A stretch of DNA of 63,682 nucleotides, filler included, from Choristocarpus tenellus KU-1152 (lineage: Eukaryota; Protista; Phaeophyceae): assembly GCA_964200185.2 (NCBI GenBank). It is 12 parts of 12 records of this genome, joined end to end, with 100 filler letters (N's around TTAATTAATTAA, not from the genome) between each part and the next. Parts side by side here need not be neighbours in the genome. Positions count along the whole stretch, not along the records: positions 48,105 to 54,648 come from CAXNAD020007894.1; positions 54,749 to 57,455 come from CAXNAD020025446.1; positions 57,556 to 60,655 come from CAXNAD020022332.1; positions 60,756 to 63,682 come from CAXNAD020023595.1; 8 more parts are not named here. The stretch is one strand, 5' to 3'. Positions 53,931 through 63,682 of this stretch are shown here, in pieces. Both the position numbers and the translations under genes were made by a program. The stretch's first letter is position 1; each line of letters starts with the position of its first letter. Under the pieces are notes generated by a model. It had not been told where the DNA came from, made no database searches, and saw only the letters and a program-made list of their open reading frames with translations.

Positions 53931-54610
53931 GTGAGTCAAGAATACCTTCTCAATATGTTGAGTGGATGCACAGCCTTTTGGACAGAGTGGCTTTCGGTAC
54001 AGAGGATGGGGGAGGGACTGAGGTAAAAATAATATTCAATAGGTTCAGCATAGATAGGGGGGGTTGGACGTTGGGATAAGAGGTGGTACCATTTGGTAAG
54101 CAGCTTGCACATATTGTGTGTAGATGCCCGCCCTAGTAATGCCTTATCTTTTACATTTCGTTCAATGCTGTGACATGCTAAAATCAGTGAAGTAAAACTA
54201 TTTGATATCGTTGGTAAAATATAAATTACCTTGTTGTGGGGGAGGTTTTGTGCTAGAGACTGTCTGAACACCATATGAGGCAAGTAGATATGTGTTAATC
54301 ATCCCTTTTATCTTGTACTCCAAAGTATTCAAGTTTTGAAATGGTGCCAAGGAGCATCTAGAATTTGTATGTGTCCATATTGGTGTACGTATGCCTATCA
54401 TCATCGAGGCAGGGGCACACTGTTTCTATCCTAGTAGGCACTTCATGGTCTGGTGATGGGACTTACTCCATGTATGGGATTGGAATCCTCACAGGCAGGT
54501 ATGCTTTGATACTTTGAAAAACCAAAATGGAATATATACTGTCTGTGTCAACAGTATTGTCCGGCTTTCCTTCTACAACACTACTCACTGCAAGGAATCT
54601 AAAACAAGAA

Positions 54611-54795
54611 GTATCAAGTATCTTGGGGGGGGGGGGGGCCAGCGTCCGNNNNNNNNNNNNNNNNNNNNNNNNNNNNNNNNNNNNNNNNNNNNTTAATTAA
54701 TTAANNNNNNNNNNNNNNNNNNNNNNNNNNNNNNNNNNNNNNNNNNNNTTGACCCCCAATGGACAGCCGCCACCCCCCCCCAGATACATTGAACC
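54611..54795. mobile_element. MITE termini on both sides of a linker (C-type 54611-54648; B-type 54749-54795)
   Basis: caagtatctt(G)nccagcgtccg | linker | ccaatggacagccgccac(C)nagatacattgaacc. Confidence 0.75.
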
Positions 54796-56390
54796 AGTTC
54801 ACATATACATGCCACCAGTGATTTCATCAGTCAGATACTTGCAATTCGATTATTAATTGAGGTATAACTATCACTCACAAGTTCAATAATTGGCACCACC
54901 TCCAAAATGTACACAACCTGAGAAACTTCCCTAAATGCGAACAGCGCAGGGAGTCATAATGTACTAAAGGTATTAATTGCTGAATATCCTATTTAGGTGT
55001 AACTCAATATCGAGCAACTTTGAAACTATTACAAGTACGTAACTAATTAGCACGTCATTACTGCAATACATTTTGATTGCCAATATGCACGTAAAATTTA
55101 ACTCTAAGAGCATCATCAGTAGATTGCGGCTTTTGAACATTGCATTTGATATTGTAGCATAAAACAACAGGAGCTCGAACCTATTGTCTCGTTTTTTCCA
55201 ATTATTATCTTCGCTCCGCTATATGAAGAGTTTTATGGCTCTCTGGTGGTCCTGATGGCCTTGATGGTTCCAACAATAGTGTCACGTAGTGTTATGTGTT
55301 GCTTAATAGCCCTCCTTACGCTCCTAGTGCTACATGGTGCTACTTAGTTGCTGCCTTGTGACGATCCTAATCCTCCCAGCACTACGCAGTGGCATCTGCC
55401 GCCTTGTGTAGCAATCGTAGCGATAACAGCAACAGTAGTGCTCCTAGTGCTATCAAATGCCCCCTCTTTCAGGATGATCGTTTACTACTGGAATTTAAAT
55501 GCCCTCATTTGGGCCATAAATGTTGTCCTCGTTCCTTTTTCATTACAATTCCTAGTAGTTCCTCCTAATACAACAAGGGGGAAAGTAGGTTTGGAAACAC
55601 CTTGGATGGACCATACACTTACGTTGCCACAGGTACTTGGACTCAATTTTACATGTTATTAATAGTAGTAATACTACTACAACAATTAGTATTCTAGTAG
55701 CGCTTCGTTATTAAACAATGGTTAGCCTCGCATGCACATAGTATATATAAACCTTGTCCTGACCGATACATGAACCTTGCCGTGACTGGCATGTCACCAC
55801 CACCACCACCAAAAAATAAGAATACTTCAGAGTAGCAATTTTTCTAAACCCTTCGTGTGGGAAGACACCTATTTGTCCAAAGTTGAACTGATATGCAAGA
55901 ATCCCGTGTGCCATAATATCATTGTTACCAGTACATTATTCTGATGCCTTGGTATAGCTGTTTGTTGCGTGTAATATATCTACAAATATTGGGAAGTGGG
56001 ATTCCTAGCCCTGATGTAATTGTAAACTGCGATAACACATTTGCTTCGTTGTCGTTTGTGTAGTCACCAAGTGTGCAATTCGTTCTCAAGGATGTGTGAG
56101 TCCACGAATATTCCATTCCTTGTGTAAAAGCAAGACATATGCATCCGTACAATCCACTCCGGGGGAAGAGCCTTACATTCCACCCACGAAGAACAAGTAG
56201 TCAATAATGTTTATTTGTGGTCTCTATCCTATCCCTTGATGTGAGTACGACATACACCAAGATATTGAATACGTAGTTATGTGCGTAATACGTAAGCAAC
56301 CTTGGGTAATATAAGATCTTTTTTTTTACGTACCGTAGGCTTAAATGGCTCGCAAGGTGTGCTTTTTTGGTCATTTTCCAGTCTATTGAA

Positions 56391-56511
56391 GCCTCAAAGT
56401 ATCTGAGGGGGAGGGGGGGGGTCTGCACCAGGGTGTCCATTCGGGATCGTGACATGGAAAAATCGGCCCTGAATGGACAGCTGCCACTCCACTCCAGACA
56501 CTTTGTGAGCC
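56391..56511 (+). mobile_element. Internally deleted MITE family B copy, TSD GAA
   Basis: gcctcaaagtatctg...ctttgtgagcc flanked by gaa/gaa. Confidence 0.85.
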
Positions 56512-57205
56512 GAAGCCAGGTATACACAGAAAACACCTACTCCCCGAGCGTCTGAACGTATTTAGACGCAAGAATGAAAGTTCAATACACTGCAAAATAG
56601 TGTATGTAAGAGTAGTGATCTTAAGGAATTAACATCTTACTTCATACATCAGGTATACAATTTGAATTAAAACCGCAGTTGATTACTTCATGCAGTTAAA
56701 ATAATAATATACAGAACAATATACTAAGAGTAATTGCTTGCATGTCCTGTTTGTGTTGATTGTTGCCAAGAGAAGGGTAGGTTGGGGTTAGATCGAGTAT
56801 TCGAAGAAAAATACCACCATGAAAATATTGCTTACAAAATTTAATTTGTGCATCTCTTGGGCATACATATATGGAGAGTTTTGAAGCACACCACGAACGA
56901 CGACGGTGGGACATGAGCCTTAATGTATAAATGGCGTAAAAGCAAAAAAATCCACTGCACACAGGAGACAACAGGAAGCCGTTGAGACCTACCAAACGTT
57001 GCATGAGCAGCAGCACTCATGTACGGCATCTTCCACGACAAGACACTTCACATTATGAAGGTGTTTTGCCGCATCAACTGCAATGAAAGAGATCACAAAC
57101 GAAAAGGTACATGCACGAGTTTTTGGTCTCCTACATACACTTAACACCCTGGATGAGACCCCGGAACAAAGGGAACTGGCTGTGAGAGTAGTATGTTTGT
57201 ATGTT

Positions 57206-57419
57206 GAATCAAAGTATCTTAGAGGGTAGAGTCTCGTCCGTTTGGGGGGTAAAATTCTAATGTTTCAATTTTGATGTAATTTTGACTATCGTGTTTGCTA
57301 GGAAGTATCAATATCCTTGCTCCGGGCACACCTTTCACAGTCATTTACATTTTACCTACTCCAGGATGTTTCGAAAACCGAAAAAGGGCATAAAAAAACC
57401 CTGGGAAGTCAAGCCCCAA
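57206..57419 (+). mobile_element. MITE family A copy interrupted by a family B element
   Basis: Family A body up to aagccccaa, then the B left TIR (57420-57455). Confidence 0.85.
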
Positions 57420-57611
57420 GACCCAAAGTATCTGGGGGGGCGGGGCGATCTACACNNNNNNNNNNNNNNNNNNNNNNNNNNNNNNNNNNNNNNNNNNNNT
57501 TAATTAATTAANNNNNNNNNNNNNNNNNNNNNNNNNNNNNNNNNNNNNNNNNNNNCCCTCTCCCCCCCTTGTCTGTGGTCTTCTGGAGGAAGGGTCGGTG
57601 GTCACTCTTAC

Positions 57612-57689
57612 CAGTAGCCGTACTTGAACGGAGTGTACCCTAGCCCTACCCGGTGTTTGTCCTGCCCTTTCTTTGTCTGCTCGACCTGC
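57612..57689 (-). CDS. Isolated putative internal exon (QVEQTKKGQDKHRVGLGYTPFKYGYW)
   Basis: ctgaccag acceptor and strong gtaag donor, GC-rich. The reading frame is not fixed and the family is unrecognised. Confidence 0.4.
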
Positions 57690-60600
57690 CTGGTCAGCAG
57701 GAGGACGGATAGCTTTTATTTTTTATTTTTTTATTATTGTTCTGGTTGAAGTTTTCGGGGCAATGGACTGCCCGTAGAGAGGGTGGTGATCCCAGCCAGG
57801 GTTAGGGTAGTGTCATTGTTGTTAGTGGCGTTTTTTTTTTTTTGTTAAAAGAAACTGAAAAGATAGGATTGTGTTGTTCTATGCGAGGCGTTTAGTGAAC
57901 GTTTGGGTACGAGGGTTTGGCTGCTGGCTCTCTGTGTTCACCGTACTTGCAAAGGGTGGATTTTAGGCAGCATATCACACTAGGTGATATTGATATTGAT
58001 ATTGATATTGATATCGATGTTGATTTCGTTAAACATTGAGATGCCACTGCTCCACCAAATCATTAGCAGCGGCTGCCTGATCTGGTTGGTGGGTCAGTGC
58101 CATCTCAATGTTTGGACAAAAAAAACAGAGAATGGGGAGGTAAGAGACAAGTATTCACGTTTTACTTGGCAGCGTGGAAATCATGAAAAGTCACCTCCCA
58201 CCCTATCTTACGTTAGTGTGTGTATGTGTTTTCTACCCTCCTCTGCTTGCTTCCTAGGCAATCGTGGTGCACTCTGCTCTTTGACAAATAAAAATGAACT
58301 GTTTTTGGAAAGGTAGTGATGCGTAAATAGTGTTTGTTTGAAGCTTCAGTTTGTGACTTGCCTCCGGTACCTTGAATAGCTTCACTCGTAAGGGTAAAGC
58401 TCTGCACTTAGAGAGCAAGTGCGCTTCTTGCGGAGGGAGCAAAAAACTGTTGAAAGGTCCACTATGGCATCTGTCCCTTGTCCTTTTTTTTCAATGAAGC
58501 GTTTGTTTGAAGGGAGTGATGCTAGCAGGAAAGATCTGTGACAGCTATCCGGAGTACTAGAGTGCAATATGATATGTGTGTGTATTTCTTCAACATTTTT
58601 CTCAGAGGTGTAGCCATGGGGGCAAAATGGATGTCACTATCAATTCAATGAAAGTTGTAGTAATGATAGCCTGGAATGCTTTTGACTTACTGTTTACTAA
58701 TGGTGTCCTGTGCTGTACAGAGTGCTTGAGGTGACCCTTGAAGGACTATGGCAATTGATGTCTCAGGGTTAATTGGTTCATTGCTCTGATTCTTTCTTTT
58801 TTTCCCAGCAGCAGTGTTTGCATAAAGAGAGTCTTCAGTTTGAGATAACTCTCCTCATCAGACCCGCTTCCCTTCAATGCCAACAGGTGCGCATGCTCTT
58901 GGACTGTGACTGAGCCCGCTCTTGAGGTCCTTGAGAGAATGGAGGGATATTATCTCCTCTGGTAGTGTAGGTGCGATAGCATTGATTGGATGCTTGCTTG
59001 CAAGGGCGTAAGTAGCCTCTCCCTCTTCCTCTTCCTCCAATGACGTTGAGAGTGCTCCCTCTTGGTGGCATGTTGGCGTGATGTAACACTATTTGAATCG
59101 ACCAGCCTGTGGTACGTGAATGTTAATAGTATGCGATACAACTTCGGTGGTATGGAGCAAACAATCAACCTGTGAGGTGCTCTGATTGTGCTTAGCAGAC
59201 GCCTGAGAAACCGTCACTGGCAATGAATACATCATCTCAGCAGCTATGTTCTAAAGGAACGACATTCAGCACCTTGCTGTGCTGTCACTGTCTAACTGTT
59301 TTGCACAAACATAATGTGGTAGCACAAGCCTCCCGGCCACAGTATGCAACCAACAATCTATACTGCCTGCCTCTGCTGCTGCCGCTATAGTGGAAGAGTT
59401 CAATTCGTGATGTAGATTTCTCAAACTCTGTGCATTTGCACTGTTAGTGCTGTTAAACAGTAGTTTTTAGTGTTACTTTTTTATGTGTGGAGTAGTAGTA
59501 CAGAATTTAAAGGGTATGTTGGTGGCAGTATCTTGCTTGTCCTTAACAGACAACCTGTGTGCAGTGCTGAAGGTTGAACTATGTGCATGCGGGGAAAGCT
59601 GGATCAAGACGTCCATTGTGATGTTCATAAATGAGCCATTGCATCCTAGAAGCGGGTGTCATGAAGCATATGGGGCCCCTGTGATTGCCTCATGGTACAT
59701 ATACTCCTAGTACTCTGGAGGGAAGTATTGCGCTTCCATGGATGAACGTTAATCTCCTCTTACATATAGTCACAACCTCCAGATGGGGTTTTGTAGCTCC
59801 ATTTTGGTCATGAAAATGGGACTATCAAATAGATGGTTTTTGAAGCCCCCTGTACTCAAAATAGCCTAAATCGATCTCGCTGTAGGATACTATTACTCAG
59901 TAACAGAAAAGGTGAACTTTTTTGAAGAGTCCACAAAGAATCGTATTTTGCCACAGTCAGTATTGGCGAGCCTCTCTACAAATTAGAGTTCACAGATGGA
60001 GACTTCTGGAGTGTACCAACTGCCATGCCCTTTCTCAAGTAATGGTTAAGTAAATCAATAAAAGAGAACATTCGAGCAGCAACAAGTTAGTATCCCAAAA
60101 GGGTTCAATAATAAGTATCCCAAGAAATGGAAAACAGACCCCGTTTTGTACAACTGCAGAATGAGCCTTGCTGAACTATGGTGTCAATTTGTGTGTGTAA
60201 AAGGGGAATATCAATTTTGCGTACACTATTATTGTGCACATAATTGTAATAGGGTGTATTGAATGGGGTAGCACGTATGTCTTAGAATGCAAAAGGCCCC
60301 AAATCCGCCTACCTCTCTATTACTTTCACTCTTGAATACTTTGTTTATCATAGTGATAATGGCCTTGCATATTTGACTGCTGGACAGCTTTTCATTGATC
60401 AATATAGTAAAAGCTCAAACCACTCTGTCAGCGTTTTCCTTGTTGCATAGTCTATGCCTTCTTGGAGTAAGTACAACAACATTCATTTCAGAAGAAATGT
60501 ATCGAAGACTGTTCCAGGTGCCCTTAGAGTAGATTATCTGACACTACCACGTTTTACAATTAACAGGATTCTCAAAGTTGAGGATGGAGCGGGACTATGA

Positions 60601-60755
60601 GGATGGTTCTGCGAAAACGGTCTTACAAAAGTACCGAAAGGTTTTTTTTTGCGACNNNNNNNNNNNNNNNNNNNNNNNNNNNNNNNNNNNNNNNNNNNNT
60701 TAATTAATTAANNNNNNNNNNNNNNNNNNNNNNNNNNNNNNNNNNNNNNNNNNNN

Positions 60756-60783
60756 CTGCCACCCCCCCCAGATACCTTAAGCC
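60756..60783 (+). mobile_element. MITE family B/C right end (contig start)
   Basis: ctgccac(C)nagataccttaagcc. Confidence 0.7.
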
Positions 60784-62670
60784 AGGACAAGTCTCTCTGA
60801 AGCTGTGGGAGCGACTCCCAGTCCAGTCCAGAGCAGTGTATCAAGGCTAATGATGGGTACGGCGTTAGCACTTTTCTCTCTCCTCTCTTCTTGTTCACAC
60901 TCCCCCTGCTTCTACCAATATTTCTGTTCGTTATTTTTTTTTCTCGATACCACATTGCCTGTACACATCCACCAATGGTCACCCAAGTAGCGTGCTGTAT
61001 TTACTTTTCATCAGGGATATCGTGCTGGTGGTATGCTATCTTCGAAATATCTGGTCCCAGTCTTCGATGTCACCCATGAGGTTATGCGCACTGAGGTATT
61101 AACTTGGTCGTTCCTGCTGAATACTAAGGTTTTGAATTTTACTATCCATACAACTCTTCTGTAATTGTTTAAGCGCATGGGGATATTGGAGCTACTTCCA
61201 TGATGATACTATCTGGAATATTTCTGGGTTTTTTTTCCCTACTATACGAAGAAGGACTAGGAGGGTCAGGGCGATTCTTGCGCTAAGACAAGCCAGTTCC
61301 TCGTGATAATACTCGTCAAAGGGAACTCCTTCATATGCTTCTGGTTGGATTGTCATGGTGATATTAACCCAACTGTGTGCAATGAGCATGGCAGCTCAAA
61401 TCAAAGACATCCATCCTCTCAACCCCCAAAAATCATTCCGCAACATGATACTTAAAAAGCAAGTAGATGAGGCGAAGCACATATTTGAGCTCTTGTGCAT
61501 ATGCAAGCTTGCACCAATACACTGTGCATCGCTCAATGCCCTAATACTCTCCCGCATCTCTTACTGTTGTCTTTCTAGCGCTACATCCTAAACTTTTTTA
61601 TTTAAATGGCGAGACAAAAACGATGGCAGAGGAGGAGAAAACTGTGCTTAGAGGTAGCAGCTACAGAACATGATAAGAGGGCGTGACCTTCAATCAAACC
61701 TCTATATGTTTCTATATGAATCCATAATGTCGAGTTTTGGTCGTTCTCGGTCACTTTGTTGCGCCCTGAGAGCCATCCTACGTTAAGAGGGGGGTGTCTT
61801 CGAGTGTATTGGGCCCTTGTGTCTTTGATGTGGTGAACGTATTTCTAGGACTCTAGAGGGCGATTTGAAGCTCAATTAGGTGGATGAACGTTCGTTTTCT
61901 CTTCCACAGCCACAGCCTCATAACAGCGGATAGCGGAATTTCAGGCATGGGAACGAGGGTGTTAGGTTTAAGGTTTAAGAAGCCTATATACTCAAGAAAG
62001 TCTAAACAGATCCCTCTCGAAGAAGGATGACGCTCTCCACCGACAAAGCTTACCTACAAGTAGTCAACAAGGCACATGCAGATACGATACATACCTGTGT
62101 GAAACTTTGTTTGGCAACAACAGAGGAGCAAGTAAATTAGATGAAAAACAACCTTAAATATATATATTTAAAGTAAATGCAGGAGACCCAAATCATGCCT
62201 ATGATTACGTCAATACAATTTGTAAGGAAGAAACCACCCGCTTTTTTGGTGGTCGATAACCGAGGTCAAGGTCCATTATTATTGTTCCTCATAAAGAGGC
62301 TTCTTGTGCTCGAATCACATCAAAAACGCAGGTTGTGGTGTCGAAGTGCTCTGAGGGGAGATTTCGGTATCCCTAACATGCACCGAAGGTGACTTGGGGG
62401 GTATGAGGAACTAGGACACCTTCTTTGTAGATGCAGGTTGAAACAAAGAAGTAGAGAAAAAGGTTTGTTGTACCCAATGTCTCAAGACCCCTGTTAGTGA
62501 TACATACTTCATGTTGACTTTGGGGAGAATAGTATATGGCAGCTTTCACAAACGATAATGTACAACTATTGTAGGAGCAATATTTGATTCCTAGTTTCAT
62601 GCTCCGTAGTATGTATCATGCAATTTTATATCCGCAAAATAGGTGGGCTGGATAAAATGCTTAGGGTTAA

Positions 62671-62820
62671 GGCTCATGGTATCTGGACGGGGTGGCGGCT
62701 GTCCATTTGGGGTCAATTTTTTCTTGTCGCGATTTTTGGGTGATTTGGTTGCATACGTTTGATGGATAATGAAAGTGCACTTTTCCTGGTATTGGTTCAA
62801 ATCGACACTCTGGTGTAGTC
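62671..62820 (-). mobile_element. MITE family B copy, truncated
   Basis: ggcggctgtccatttggggtcaatttt...gtcgcgatttttgggtgatttggttgcatacg. Confidence 0.85.
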
Positions 62821-63682
62821 TGTGCAAAATAGGACAATAGTGACGTGTACCTTATTTTGTGTATATGAGATTATTGTGTTGAATTGAATCCATGTGATGT
62901 AACTAATGAGATAGTAGTACATCCAGATTATATATGGAATTTGTTATTCATTCCCTTTCGCTACTTTGAAATAGATAGCGAAAACACAATAATAATAATA
63001 ATAATACACACACAATGAGAAGACACCCCACCCCACAAAGGTCACTCTCTCTTCCTATTTCAACCATGTAATCACGTTCAGCAAAGGGGGTCGTGTGAGG
63101 CTTCACACCTTCTTATCTTCACTACTAACAAATGACATTACCTCCCAAGGTAATTTGCACTGGTTATGAGCCTCAGTAGTATGGAGAAAAGGAGCAGGTG
63201 ATGGGCCTGAACAACATGAAGAATTTGCCCAACTGGACTGGAGCACCAGCACGATCATTCGAGACTCGGACAACATGGAGATTATATCTGGTGGTTTATA
63301 CCAGCGAAAGGGTCTATAAGACATTGAGCGGCGAAAATACGTCGTCCTGAACTCACGGAGACACTAACGGAACAGGAACGAATATCGCACGGAAAGTACG
63401 AAAGAGAGGAATCAACGAAGGATAACCGGGGACTAGATCCCTGTGCAGCTCAACAGAGGACGTGCGGACGACGAGATCCCCATGAAGCTCATCTCAAGAC
63501 CCGATATAAGCTACAGAAAGCTGAAACGGGCAATAGTATCATCATTGCCATCACAACAAAGTGGACTTGCACCTTCGACAAAAAATGGAAGCTGGAGGCT
63601 AAGGAGACATGAGATATGGTACGATCGATAACAAGCAAGAACTGGAGGTCAAGAAGATACTTTGGGTACCTGGTATGCCATG

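Noticed and set aside
63320-63682. Coding-like tract ending at a solo agatactttgggt TIR-like motif
   Set aside because: Stops in all frames, no recognisable domain, and truncated by the window edge.

Overview
Eukaryotic, repeat-rich, intron-containing DNA, most likely from a brown alga or related stramenopile. This is inferred from the CRE/RTE retroelement proteins, a bipartite plastid presequence, GT-AG introns and TTAGGG motifs. The window is not contiguous: it is 12 contigs joined by artificial 100-bp N44-TTAATTAATTAA-N44 linkers. Partial multi-exon genes rebuilt by hand from splice sites and frame phase: a TauE/SafE sulfite-exporter-family protein, a plastid-targeted DUF2358/SnoaL-like protein, a two-EF-hand protein, an HRI1-like protein, an acidic C-terminal exon and an unidentified gene with many small exons. 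The dominant structure is a very dense set (about 23 full or partial copies) of sibling MITEs. They share an invariant CAAAGTATCT TIR core and a CCCCAAATGGAC subterminal box, and leave 3-bp TSDs with no sequence specificity. Also present are decayed mariner, KDZ-like, Ulp1-like, RTE and CRE elements, and several minisatellites. All family assignments come from motif recognition by eye, not database searches.
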